Source: Octopus vulgaris
Lineage: Eukaryota
Reading direction: 5' to 3'
DNA length: 64,000 nucleotides
Assembly (NCBI GenBank): GCA_951406725.2
Contig: OX597815.1
Location: 171,492,001 to 171,556,000 of the forward strand
In this document: in pieces, positions 39,859 to 53,299 of the stretch
How the letters are laid out: each line of letters starts with the position of its first letter
Position numbering within the stretch: the stretch's first letter is position 1
Notes under the pieces: model-generated
Told to the model about the DNA's origin: nothing
The model's database searches: none
Seen by the model: only the letters and a program-made list of their open reading frames with translations
Translations under genes and position numbers: made by a program

Positions 39859-40109
39859 AACAACAAACAAGATGAGGACAAATATCCGTCAAATGTAAAT
39901 AATGTAAATAATGTGACATATGGTTAGTTTAAGAAAATAAGTACTGGGGTCGATTTGTTCGACTAAATTTTCAAGGTGGTCACCCAGCGTAGCTACACAC
40001 CAATGACTGAAACAAATAAACGATAAATAGATGAAAGATGTAATTCATGATCTGCGTCTGTATCTCTTTTGATGGTTTCCTTGTCTTTGTCTCTTCTGGC
40101 ACTTACTTT

Positions 40110-40480
40110 TCCATTGTCCATATTCATCTATCACTCCTGCCTTTCTCGCACTCATTCTCAGTCAGGGCTATTACTCTCACTACTTCTCCTTCACTGAATT
40201 ATTATATTCTCTCTTCCGCCGCGTCCAGCGTGATTCTGGACAAATATATATGTGTATGTGTGTGTGTGTACAAGGGAAGTATGTGTGATTATTATGTACC
40301 TTATTTTGTACCTTATTTATATATAAATTGTCCTCTGCAAATCTTTACTATACAACCCACATAGCACACCCGTCTCACTCACCTCCACACTGTCACTTTC
40401 TCTTTATTTAACCACTTAAGCCATGCACTAAACTCTACTCAATCATTCTACCCACGAAAATTACACAAACAATGTCCTCC
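40110..40480. mobile_element. Rearranged fragments related to the Helitron at 42344-42707 and to 42057-42167
   Basis: Three blocks match about 42512-42635 (direct), 42388-42450 (inverted) and 42057-42167 (direct). Confidence 0.7.
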
Positions 40481-40840
40481 ACGCCTTTGAACTTCTTTAC
40501 AAAAAATTTTAACATCAGTCTAGGAGTGCCTAAAACCGCAATCGGTAATGCCCTTCCTTCCAGACTAAATTATCCCCCGAATTCCACAAATGTGTGTGCC
40601 GTACTACTAAGTCACAAATACAGCAGAGTAATTAATAATAAGCTCTTTCGGTGAGCCACTTTACTTTCAGGACCAGCGATTTCCAACAGTAAATATCTTG
40701 GACGAGCTCGATATTTCAACAGGTCGATTAGCCTTCAAAACACCACATGAAGTTTTCACTGGTAGCTCAAAAGCATGTTATGAGTTATGGGATATTTTCA
40801 GTCAAAATATGCATATGTATGTGTCGTAAGAAACAGGTAG

Positions 40841-41246
40841 AAAGGCGGCGAGCTGGCAGAAACGTTAGCACGCCGGGCAAAATGGGTAGCCGTATTTCGT
40901 CTGCCGTTACGTTCTGAGTTCAAATTCCACCGAGGTCGACTTTGCCTTTCATCCTTTCGGGGTCGATAAATTAAGTACCAGTTACGCACTGGGGTTGATG
41001 TAATCGACTTAATCCGTTTGTCTATCCCCTCTATGTTTAGCCCCTTGTGGGTAGTAAAGAAATAGGTATTTCATCTGTCTTAAGGTTCTGAGTTCAAATT
41101 CCACCGAGGTCGACTTTGCCTTTCATCCTTTCGGGATCGATTAAATAAGTACCAGTTACGCACTGGGGTCGATATAATCGACTCAATCCCATTGTCTGTC
41201 CTTGTTTGTCCCGTCTATGTTTAGCCCCTTGTGGGCAATAAAGAAA
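40841..41246 (+). mobile_element. SINE family A dimer inserted as one unit
   Basis: Direct repeat taagaaacaggt at 40827-40838 and 41247-41258 brackets both monomers. Confidence 0.9.
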
Positions 41247-41659
41247 TAAGAAACAGGTGGATAGTCATACACAAACTGAAAATATCCATGCGTGCAGATG
41301 TATAGAGTAACAACACTTATTTTGAGCATAAAATTACACTCTGTCTAAGGGAAATGAGTCAGTGACTTGAGTGTTGGTAAATATGTTAAGGCGTGACGTA
41401 CTGAATGACCTTCCTTCTAGAGAAAGAAAACCTTGCAAAACCTTAGAGAAAGAAAACTCCTGCAGAAAAGGGAAGAGATATGATATCAAGAAATTAGTAA
41501 TACATATGCTTAAGGAGGAATATATTGTTTGTCTGCAGACAAAGGGGCGTAAAAAATGCTATAACAGTTGTCAAGCAACGGGAGGACACAAACAAACGTG
41601 CTTGCAGGCTTGCACACAAACATATACACATACAAACAAACCCACACATATACATACAC

Positions 41660-41985
41660 ATACGACGGATATCCAGATAGTTTATATCTATAAATTCACT
41701 CCCAAGGCATTAGCTGGCTCGGGTTTACTATCGTAAAAGACATTTACCCAAAGGAACCGCGCAGAGGGACTGAACACGTAACCACTTGATTGCGAAACGA
41801 ACTAGTTAACTACTCAGCCATTCCTGTGGAACTCTATCATATGGGATGAGGTTCCACACAATTTCATTCACGAAGTTCTTCAATAACTTGAGATATAGGA
41901 GTCGCTCGTTCGAGATGCTACGCAATGGGAACGAACCTGGAACTGTGTAGTTGCGAAGCGAACTTTGTCACCACACAGCCATGCC
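41660..41985 (-). mobile_element. Two old SINE B 5' fragments
   Basis: Diverged matches to the cgcagtgggactgaacc...cacagcc head. Confidence 0.65.
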
Positions 41986-42343
41986 TTCCGATTTCAACCA
42001 TGTAAGAGACATTGCATAACTGGACAAAAATGATCTGTTTACTGTATTTCGTCCTTCAACCCATATAGCACACCCGTCTCACTCCTCTCCACACTTTAAT
42101 TAACCGCTTAAGCTATGCACTAAACTCTACTCAATTATTCTACCCCTGAAAATTACACAATGTCCTACATACTACAGGACTACTTCACCACGGCTGGCCA
42201 ACAAATTCGAGGCTGTTATAGTTTAGCTCTAAATCGACCCTGGGAAAGCAGACCATGAATCAAAGAAATTCATCTGTGAGCATCCTGTTCTTTCAGTGTA
42301 ATGTAAGACTGTAATATCTATTGTGTTCAATCATTATTTAAAA

Positions 42344-42632
42344 CTAGCTGACCACGGGCCGTCAATAATGACGGCTAATTGTATTATTTTATATATAAAT
42401 AAGGTACAAAATAAGGTACATAATAATCATACATACTTCCCTAGTACACGCACACACATACACATATATTCACACAGAGTTGAAACGCTGATTTTTTTTT
42501 CACCCCTTCCTTATTCATCTATCACTCCTGCCTTTCTCTCACTCACTCTCAGTCAAGGCTATTACTCTCACTACTTCTCCTTCACTGAATTATTATTTGC
42601 TCTCCTCCTCCGCGTCCAGCGTGATTCTGGAC

Positions 42633-42669
<37 letters not shown>

Positions 42670-42707
42670 AATATATAAAAACACTATAATATTATTACAT
42701 TAGGAGA
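42344..42707 (-). mobile_element. Non-autonomous Helitron
   Basis: Minus strand begins TC and ends CTAG, with hairpin gccgtca-ttat-tgacggc about 10 nt upstream of CTAG; inserted between A and T with no TSD. Confidence 0.75.
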
Positions 42708-43959
42708 TGGTAGTGTGATTTCAAAATAATTTCACTGCTATTTACTAAGTTATTGAACAGCATTTGAATTAAAGTGTTTTTAACAAAGTGATAAAATTTC
42801 AACTGTTCCAAAGTTTATTTCGTAGTTTTCCTGGTAGAGATTAGACGCCCACTTAACGTCACTTTCCAACTAAAATACGAAATCATGAAATGAAAGGTCA
42901 ATATGCGCAATAAGTATTACTATTATGAAAAGTAGTCGCCAATGCATTTGTAAAGCATTACTTCATATTTAAAGTCAACTTGATAGTCCTCAGAAGAGTA
43001 ATATTCAACTCAATTTGTGATATCGCAAGTGCACATAATCCTAAAAGTCTTTTTCTAAGATATCAAAAGCATAATAGGTCAAACAAATTTTCAAACATTT
43101 CCCCCAGATTAGTTAATTCATGTAATCTTACGATAATAACTTAAATTCAACCAATTTCTTAAATGACACAAAGGTCAACGTTGAAATCGCTCTGCTATGC
43201 AGTCATTTATAGTTGCACCAGGCGTTGGTTAGTTGGCCTACTTTTTGCATCTAGTACAAAACATAATTTACAACAAGTACACTGAGATGACATAATGAGT
43301 TTTTTTTCTTGTTTCTTTTTCTCCTTGGTATAATACTAACCAAAAATGTATCCATTCAAAATTTCTAGCCATTTAAATTATATTTCCAATACCATTCTGT
43401 GAAACGTGGTGGTTTTTAATGAAAATATATTATTTATTAAAACTGTGACTCTTATGCCTTTCCCATACATACTTTACCAAACACCTAAATAAGACAATTA
43501 TAAAGTAGTTAACAAAAGGATTGCAGCTTAATACATAAAAGAGTAAAATGCGTATATATGAGTGAATGTGTACTTCATACATACATACATACATACATAC
43601 ATACATACATACATACATACATACATACATACATGAATACATGTATGCACGCCTAAGTTCATGCATGCATGTATACTCACATTCATACATACATAACCAG
43701 GACTGGCTCAAGGTACCAGCAATTCAGGCAGTTGCTCGAGATCCCATGCGCTAGGGTCGCCAAGGAAGGCGTGGCAATGACAAGGAAATGTTCACGACCG
43801 TCAGCTTGTACACGCCGAAGTTCCGCTTACCCGGGGCGCCAGCAATATACACACGCACATACATATCATATTCAGGTCAGTGCAGTTAGTGAGAGTGAGT
43901 GACTGTACGACTGAGGGCATGTCTAAAAGAACTACCACAAACAGCAATGGCTTCAGTAA

Positions 43960-44400
43960 GGGTTTCCTAGAAATACTGCTTGGTTTTTATCTCTTTCTTC
44001 TCCTTTTCACGGGAGAGTCTGAGTTTATTTTCGATCTCTAAAAGTGTCTTTCTTAAATGAATCACTGAGCTGTCGGTAAGTTCCTTTCTTAAAGCGATTT
44101 CAGACCTTTATTATTCGCCTGTTAGAGACTCTCCTTTGAATATTCGACATTGGTTTCTGTGCACATAGGGTTCTGTCACCGGGGAGCCGTTTCTTGGTTA
44201 AACATTTTTGTAAAGATGGTTCTGAGTATGCTACCTATATATCTAGCTCTTCTCTACGGATGGCCTGCCGGATGAGTAACGGTTGTACAATCGTTGAAGT
44301 TCGGTGACGTCAGGAAACAATGGGTGAAAATGTTTTATCGTTTTAGGTCCTTGAGACCCTGAATTCGACTAGTAAAGGATTCTGGGGCATCCATTGGTCT
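43960..44400 (-). pseudogene. Heavily decayed CR1-like LINE fragments
   Basis: LRKTLLEIENKLRLSREKE resembles LEIEKQLKQSHEKE in the 21300-23085 LINE; ESFTSRIQGLKDL resembles a CR1 C-terminus. Confidence 0.45.
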
Positions 44401-44514
44401 CTATTATTTTTTGTAAATGGTTGTCATGGATGTGCCGATCTTGCTTCGCTGCATTTGTGCTGGATAGATATGAGTTCGTTTTTCATGGACTGATTTGAAG
44501 TGAAGCAACAAAAA

Positions 44515-45348
44515 CGAGGTCTGGTCAATAAGTATCAGGATTGTTGGCATAGTAACAAAGCTAAAGTACACAGAGTGAAGCCGCTGGTCACAGATTGACC
44601 TTGGTCTCTACTGTGCATGTGCACTAAGTTTTAACGTTCAAGCTCACTTCTGCTATTTACAGCAATGCTTGGAAGGAACGTGTGTAGCGTGTGATCGTCA
44701 CATTGAGGCCTACGCAAAGTTGCAGAAAATGTATGGAGAGGAGTGTACGAGCCGTACACAAGTGTACGAGTGGTTCAGACGTTTCCAAGATGGCTGAAAA
44801 AATGTCGATATTGACGAATGTTCTGGGAGACCCGCAACCAACAGAACTGACAAAAAACATTGCAGATGTGCGTGCAGATGTGAGAGGAAATCGTCGAACC
44901 ACCATCTGTGAGTTATCAGAGGATGTGCAGATTAGTTACGGTTCAGTTCAGTCCATTATCACTGAAGATTTGGGTATGAGATGCGTGTCTGCCAAGTTTG
45001 TGCCAAAACTGCTTTCAGCTGACCAAAAAGACATTCGAGTTTCGGTTGATTGTGACGAGAATGATAAAATTGTTTGAAAACTTTGCGTAGGCCTATGAGC
45101 AGGTATCGCCAAGCTTTATTTGATGCAGATTCTCTGCTCAGCTTTCTTTATCATGGTCAATGCGACGATCACACACTACACACGTTCCTTCTAAGCACTT
45201 CTGTAAATAGCAAAAGTGAGTTAGAACGTTAAAACTTAGTGTGCATGCACGGCAGAGTTGAAGGTCAATCTGTACCAAGCGTCTTCACTCTGCGTGCTTT
45301 AGCTTCGTTACTAAGGCAACAGTCCGGATACTTATTGATCAAACCAGG
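44515..45348 (+). mobile_element. Mariner-derived fold-back element: two left ends around a transposase N-terminal fragment
   Basis: VYEWFRRFQDG...VRGNRRTTICELSEDVQISYGSVQSIITEDLGMRCVSAKFVPKLL; about 190-bp inverted arms 44515-44705 / 45158-45348. Confidence 0.88.
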
Positions 45349-45429
45349 TATTTCTCGGCAGCTCTTTTGTAGAATTTGATGTTGATATCACTTCACTCTG
45401 TGTCTCTAAGTTGGAAACCAATAAAGAGT

Positions 45430-45995
45430 GAGGGATCCAACGTCACTAGGCTGATCAATGCTGTACGCTATGAAGTCATTCATTCTCATAAATGTTTCAA
45501 ACATTGAGGTAGCTTTTTCAAGGAAGATGTGATGTCTTGCAAACAACTTGCACGTGCAAGCGCTACCAGTCAAGAACTCCGTATACCGGAAGCCAGCAAG
45601 TGTATGGGGTCATCAAGAGAGCACCAACTAGAGATTTCGTTACCTTCGTGCACTCAGGTCAGCGGATTTGTTTCAAGAAGAAGAACAAGAACTTCCTGTG
45701 AGAGATGAAAAGTTGAACGGCTATTGGGAGGTGACTGTAGATTTACCTGGTGCCATGGATTCTTTCCCATCCCAGTTACGAAAAAAAAAAACGGACAATT
45801 TGATGTGGTGTGAAAGAAGGAAAGCTGTAAATCTAGTCGAGTTAACAGTTCCTAATGAAGATAACATGGACGCCGCTCGGGCACGAAAGATTGACCGTTA
45901 TGTAAACCTCCTCGAAAAATGTTAAGACACAGGCTGGAAAGCGGAACATTTTCCGATCGAAGTTGGATGTAGTGGGTTTGTTGGACACAGTGTTA
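45430..45995 (+). pseudogene. Non-LTR retrotransposon 3' fragment with restriction-like endonuclease (HERO-like)
   Basis: WEVTVDL...AVNLVELTVPNEDNMDAARARKIDRYVNLLEKC*DTGWKAEHFPIEVGCSGF fits the ELTVPWE..K..KY..L...GW...PIEVGCRG pattern. Confidence 0.75.
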
Positions 45996-47824
45996 TTATC
46001 CAGATATTGCAAAGAAGCTATAGTAGTAGATGAAGTTGAATACTCGGCGTTCCAAGTGATAGCCTTGTACTGCTTGTTTTTCTTTCTTTATTGATTTCTC
46101 TTTCATTTATTCAAATTTAAAAAAACTAAAATGAATACATATACTCTTTGCCATATTCTGTTTGACCGACGCTCTAGCTATTTTGTTATCCCACGGTCAG
46201 ATTGATGTTACGTGGTGTGAATACACAGCCGCCACCTGTATATTCTATTAATAAAACATAGTGTACAGAAGGGCTCCCCAAACATTTTCTTTCAGTATAC
46301 CCCGTGTGTAGAATATATTGTAAAATGGTTGGATACCACAGAAGAGACAATAGACATGTTATTTGCTATTAATTCAATTTCATTTAATTTAAGGAGCTCA
46401 AAATCTGCCGAGGTCATCTTTGCTTTTCATCCTTCAGAACTCCATAAAATAAAGTATCACTAGAGTGCTGGGCTGAATAATAATCAACTAATCCACCACC
46501 ATTATCAAAAAAATTCTGACCTGGTATTTATGTAAGAGATCAGTTTCATTAAAATTTCATGTTGCATTTTTTTAACAATATAAATTAGCGTGGCTCATTC
46601 TAACAAGTAACTCAGTTTCAAAGAAAAATAGCGTTTGTGTGCGTGTGCTAGTGTGTAGGTGTAAGTATGTGTGTCGAGTGTTTGTGTGTGTGTGTATATT
46701 TGTGTGTGTGTATGTGTGTGTGCGGGCGTCACAGAGAGGCACACCTGCATATCCTTCTGAATGTCAGCCTTGCACTTGGTTTTGTTATAATCAACACCGA
46801 AAACTTTTATTCACAACGACAAGTAAATAAGATAGAGTAAAAGGATTCCTTATACATGCTCTAAATACAAATTGTATTTAAGTTAGATATGAGTACTTTG
46901 AAAAACCAGTTGCAGTTTTCTTTTGTTTGTTTGTTTTTTTTTGTTTTTGTTTTGTTTATTTTCTTTTTATTATAATTGCGTACCCTCGCATTTTCTCTTG
47001 CGTACCACGATTTGAGAAACTCTGGTGTAAAGGAATTAGTATCAGTGCAAGGTCTTACAATAGGATATAAAACTGTAGACCATTCAGTCGTTGGAACAGC
47101 ACCCTATCGAATTGGCTCGCTAAGAATTCAAAAGTTGCATTTTTCAGTGTTGTCTAATTTTAGTTTATCTAAATATTTTCTTCGTGAAGAAAATGTTGGA
47201 TTGAATTGAATACAAAGGAAGACATTGTAACGTCCAAATATGTGACGTTGATTCTATTTTCACTACGATTCCCAAAGTGGAAATCTAGCCAAGAGGAAAA
47301 TTACGTTTTTGTGCATGCACCCACTTCTACATACGCACGCACAAGCACACACGCGCACACACATACACACACGCACACAAACACACATACACAAATAAAT
47401 ACACACAAACACACCTACTCACACATAAATGTTGGTGTGAATATGTGTTCTATTGCATATATATAAACACACACGCACTCCCAAAGCATACCACGTGCAC
47501 ATACACGTGTACGGAGGCGAATTTTGTCCCAAATAAAACACACGCGCACACACACACACACACACACACAAACGCAATTATGTATGAATAACCATGTATA
47601 CATTTGTACAAAGGCTTAAATGTACACAAAACACACAATGACGTATATATATATATACGTCTTTACAAATCTACACAGAACGTTTGTATATAGTCATACC
47701 GCTGCGAACACATGTATACACACATGAGCACACAAACACACACAGCGGGGAAATATTAGTATTCGTACACGTGAATGTGTGTGTGTATGTATGTGTGTGT
47801 GCGCGTTTAAGTAAAGCAATAATA

Positions 47825-48041
47825 TTTTTCTACCCTAGGCACAAGGCCCGAAATTTTGGGGTGAGGGAGCCAGTCGATTAGATCGACCCCAGTACGCAAC
47901 TGGTACTTAATTTATCGACCCCGAAAGGATGAAAGGCAAAGTCGACTTCGGCGGAATTTGAACTCAGAACGTAAAAAACAGACGAAACGCCATTAAGCAT
48001 TTCACCCGGCGTGCTAACGATTCTGCCATATCACCGCCTTC
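47825..48041 (-). mobile_element. SINE family A
   Basis: 16-bp TSD aagtaaagcaataata. Confidence 0.9.
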
Positions 48042-48306
48042 AAGTAAAGCAATAATAATTTACAATAACATCTAGTATCATATTTGGTGAAGGATATCAC
48101 ACAGGTTATGGTGGGAAGACATTTAATATGTATTATAGATATTCATAGTTAAGGCCAAAGATTGTCACGACTAAACCGTAATGCATGTTCAAGTTTTGTT
48201 AGTCAAAACTTTTCACGGTAGACTTGAAGGGTGCGACCCAAGATTTAAAAGTGTCGTTTAAGTATAAAAAATTTCAAGGTAGTCGGCTCAAACATGTATA
48301 TCGACC

Positions 48307-48420
<114 letters not shown>

Positions 48421-48612
48421 GTTCATTTAATTGTCGTCCACGGCCTCTCAACTATATGTGTCAAATCAATATCTATTGAGGCAACAGCAATTTTCGGTTC
48501 TCAGTCAACGCCTATGTATGCGGTTTATGTGTTCACAGATGGCTCAGGCAAATAGGGTGGAGACTGTTTATTGTTCGACGGTCTAATAATTTTTATTGTG
48601 CGCACTCCCATT

Positions 48613-48922
48613 TAGGTGCGTGCAGAGGTGATAAATTGGCCCCCGCCAAATGGGAAACGCAAACTTTATTTCAAATTAATCAAAAAATACGTTCGCAATC
48701 AGTGTGAAATAAATACAAGTGGGGTTTAGGGGGGGGGTGGCGCACAGGGTGCTCTTGCAACTAGCAGAACACAAGAAAGGACAGAACAATTTATAAAACA
48801 GGGAATTCTTTACCGAAGTGTTTTCTCTTTGCCTCTAAACTACGGTAGAAATCACTTTCTAATGTCTCAAACACGTGTCAATTGACTCACGTGGCAAAAA
48901 TCCTCACCTCTGCAGAGGCCTG
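48613..48922. mobile_element. Possible old hAT-like MITE
   Basis: Imperfect TIRs taggtgcgtgcagaggtga / tcacctctgcagaggcctg; no clear TSD. Confidence 0.4.
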
Positions 48923-50548
48923 TTCTTGCTGAATCCACCGAGCTGTAATTTACTATTATGCACAGGTACAGCTTATAGCCATAAGCTGTAATGGTACTGT
49001 ACAATTAACAAGTATTTGCTTGCCGTACTAATTCGGAAACTTTGCCGCAATGATTTTAACTCCTAAAGAAATATTTCTACTCGAGGCTCGAAACTGGAAA
49101 TTAAATGTGAAATAAATATGCCTCTGCTGAGAACCGAAACCGTGTCACAGTAACGGCCTGGGATAGTGTAAGGGGAATCATCTGTATCTTTGTTTGTTTG
49201 TTTTGTTTTTTTTGTGGAGTGGGGTCCGTTTTTTGTTGGGGTTTTTGCTTTTCAAAATATTTATAAATGTAATTGCTATCAAGAAATTCTATCTCTGTCA
49301 TCTCTATTTCGTATCTTTTGAATCTAGAACTTTTTGTGTGTGTGATGGTGCGGCTTAGGGAAGATGATTGAAATTACTACAATACGGGTAACTGCAGCAG
49401 CATCCAAGACTTTTACGATGTCAGCAATTATTTGGAGATGAAATATTTTCAGATCCTGAAGGAGAAGATGACTAGTCTATGGGATGCAGTTTTGGTTATA
49501 TGACCAGGAGAGACCATCAATGAGCGTGAAAGTCTGTCATTTGTAGTTTGTGGCTTTTAAGGTTTTACCTGCATCTTGTCCAAAACTAGAAGGTGGGGTA
49601 AAAGACTGTTTCTTTGATATATGTAATAGCTGTGTCTCGTGCCTTGTGCCTAGACAAAACAAAAAGCACATCAGCAAACACCGAAGGAGTAAAGTACTTG
49701 GTATTAGGAATTTCACTTCTCTTATGCTGCTAATACTTTTCAAAAATCTTTATAATTCATTCCAGGTGGATCCTATCGGCTCCATAGTTCCTAATAAGGG
49801 ACTTATTTTCATTTGGTAAATTATTATTCATATGATTTGTTGATCTTAAGATGTATGTGTGTACCTTTCCCTTTCCTATTAACATCAGATTTATAAGCCC
49901 AAACTATTTTTTTACTTATATAAGTACATTCCAGAACTTTATCCAAGTATTTAACCTTTAACAATTTTCAATTTTTATTAAATATCTTTTTTTTCAATTA
50001 ACCAGCCGTTCAAACGATGTACTAACTCATTCTGCACTTGAAATTATTCACATTTTAAATTCAGCCATATCCCTTAACAAGTCGAATCGTCAAATGTGAG
50101 GGCTTATATAATTAGTTGTTATTAAGTTCACCTCAGTAAACTTTGGCAACTTAATAATTCTGTTTCATGAATCAGTGAAATTTATAAATTAAACAAAAAT
50201 GGCAAAGTTTCCTGCAATTGCATTTTATTTAATTCATTATTTTTGCATGAATGCCAAAATTTCCAGTGGGCCGACATTGCGAAATAGACTCGATTCTCGA
50301 TTGAAGCAATTTGCTTCACTTCATTTGACTTCTTGAACTCGTAATCGTGGTTTTGAACTGTGATTAGAAAGAGTTGAGTCCCCACGAGACTGATACCTTC
50401 AATACACAATATAAAAACAATATATCGTGAGGCAAGAAACTTAGATCTTATGAAGAAACCTTTTCCCATCCGGTAACAGCAGTTAAATATCGCTCAAATT
50501 TTATACGTCTACATTAAAAAAGTACACTTTGATCAATATGGAGCACCC

Positions 50549-50716
50549 TCTTGCAGAATTTCAGTCGAGCGACTCCAACTTTAGTACTTTTTTTTTTTTT
50601 AAGCTTGGTGCTTATTCTATCGGTACATTTTGCCGAACCGCTACGTTCCGAAGATGTAAAGACGACCAACACCGGTTGTCAAGGCATGGTGGAGGACACA
50701 CACACACACACACGCA

Positions 50717-50805
<89 letters not shown>

Positions 50806-50967
50806 GAGAGGCTTCTTTCAGTTTCCCTCAACCAAATCTACTCACAAGACTTTGAGTGGCCCGTGGCTATAGTAGAAAACACTAGCCCAAAGTGCTATGC
50901 AGTAGGACTGAACCCAGAACTACGCGGTTGGGAAGCAAACTTCTTACCATGCAGCCACGCATGCCCC
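50549..50967 (-). mobile_element. SINE family B, diverged; part duplicated at 51313-51437
   Basis: Both copies share private variants, e.g. ctttgagtggcccgtggctatagtagaaaacactagccc. Confidence 0.85.
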
Positions 50968-51278
50968 TACAGACAGACAGACAGACAGACAGAGATACAT
51001 GAAATGTTACTGAATCGGCTGATTACTGTAAGGGATTGATCGCTCCGATTTCCATAACAAACTTTTGTATACGAACGTATTGAGTTCTCTCATTCCGAGA
51101 GGTGCTAGTATCTACTCTTTTATAACTATGACTAAATATTATGAATATGCGCACGCGCGTTTGTGTGTGTGTATGTATGTGTGAGCGAGTGAGTGTGTGT
51201 GTGTGCGTATACGTGTAAGCCTGCAAATATACGTATATATATATATATATATACATACACACTTATATACATATATGC

Positions 51279-51310
<32 letters not shown>

Positions 51311-51810
51311 CTACGAGGGGCTTCTTTCAGTTTCCATCAACCAAATCTACTCGGAAGACTTTGAGTGGCCCGTGGCTATAGTAGAAAACACTAGCCCAAA
51401 GTGCTATGCAGTAGGACTGAACCCAGAACTACGCGGTTACTGCCGTTTATATAGAGAGAGATACATACATCTATGTGCATATATATATACACTGTATTAC
51501 ACACACACAGGCATATATATATATACATATAAAATCATACATTTGTATATATATATATAAATACAAACATATATGCATTTATCTCTCTCTATATAAACGC
51601 GCGTTTGTGTGTGTGTATGTATGTGTGAGCGAGTGAGTGAGTGTGTGTGTGCGTATACTGATGAAACTTGACAAATATAGCGTATATATAACAAAACAAC
51701 GCAGCGAAAATTATAAACCCAGTATGATCATATTATATATATATATATATATACATACATACATCTACGTGCATATATATATACACTGTAAACACACACA
51801 CACAGGCATA

Positions 51811-51849
<39 letters not shown>

Positions 51850-52471
51850 CACATATAAAATCATACATTTGTATATATATAAATACAAACATACATGCAT
51901 TTATAAATACATATCACCGTGATCACCGTGACTGATTATATATAATATAATATAATATAATATATATGTATATATACACCGAAATATTACATATATACAT
52001 ATTTTATGATATGCATATATAAATATTTGCACCGGTGAGCACGCATAGAAATAAAATCTTTTCATGGCTATACTCTGGTAACCTCTTTAGAAAGTTGTTT
52101 ACATGTTAGTACACATGAAACAAATAATTCCGACATTTACAAAGGAAGCTTTGAAAACTATGTTGCTTTTCTAGACAGCTCAATGTCCTACCTTACTGAC
52201 CAAGATGAATAAGGCTTTTTTTTATCTCTTTTTCTCTTTGTTTTCTTTTTGTGCTTTTCTTTCTTTTGCTATCGTGAAGACTTGTATAGTAAATAAAAAT
52301 AAATACGAAGGTCAGACAGTACATCTTTGATATGTTGCAAATTCTAGTGTGCCTTTATCTACTGCTAATACAGATACTCTATGTCAGGGTTTCCCAACAA
52401 CCTGGCTGGTAATCATTTGACACAAGGCTACACAGAAATCATATATTTTTTTAAGTTTGAGTTTGTTCTAC

Positions 52472-53278
52472 GGCATGTAGCTGTGTGCTAAGAAGCTTGC
52501 TTCTCAACGACATGGTTCTGAGTTCAGTCCCGCTGATAGGCACCTCGGGCAAATGTCTTCTACTATGGCATCGGGCCGACCAAAAGCATTGTGAGTGGAT
52601 TTGGTAGGTGGAAACTAAAATAAGCCCATCGTGTATGTGTGTGTGTGTCTCTCTGTGTTTTTCCCACCCCACCCCAAACAATCGCTTGGTGTGTTTATGT
52701 CCCCAAAACTTAGCGGTTCGGCAAAAGAGTTCGATAGAATAAGATCTAGGCTTACAAAGAATAAGTTCTGGGGGTCGATTTCTTCGACTAAAGGCGGTGC
52801 TCCAGCATAGCCGCAGTCAAATGACTGAAACGTGTAAAAGCGTAAAAGAGTATATAGGCGTAGGAGTGGATGTGTGGTAAGTAGCTTGTTTACCAACCAC
52901 ATGGTTCTGGGTTCAGTCCCACTACGTGGCACCTTGGGCAAGTGTCTTCTACTATAGCCTCGGGCCGACCAAAGCCTTGTGAGTGGATTTGGTAGATGGA
53001 AACTGAAAGAAGCCCGTCGTATATATGTATATATATATATGTATGTGTGTGTATGTGTTTGTGTGTCTGTGTTTGTCCTCCCAACATCGCTTGACAACCG
53101 ATGCTGGTGTGTTTATGTCCCCGTTACTTAGCGGTTCGGCAAAAGAGGCCGATAGAATAAGTACTGGGCTTACAAAAGAATAAGACCCGGGGTCGAGTTG
53201 CTCGATTAAAGGCAGTGCTCCAGCATGGCCGCAGTCAAATGACTGAAACAAGTAAAAGAGTAAAAAGAGTAAAGAGAG
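52472..53278 (+). mobile_element. Two SINE B copies head-to-tail (52472-52850, 52857-53278)
   Basis: Heads with A/B boxes, internal (TG/TA)n, tail gcagtcaaatgactgaaacaagtaaaagag. Confidence 0.92.
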
Positions 53279-53299
53279 TTATTAAGGCAAGCTGTACGC

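Larger units (their letters stand above)
39375..39913. mobile_element. Palindromic insertion of two head-to-head tRNA-head + (AAT)n + hammerhead units
   Basis: Left unit 39375-39617 (minus), right unit 39621-39913 (plus); 13-bp TSD tgacatatggtta at 39362-39374 and 39914-39926. Confidence 0.85.

Noticed and set aside
49550-50469. ORFs of 89-95 aa in unique-looking sequence
   Set aside because: No recognisable homology; expected by chance at this length
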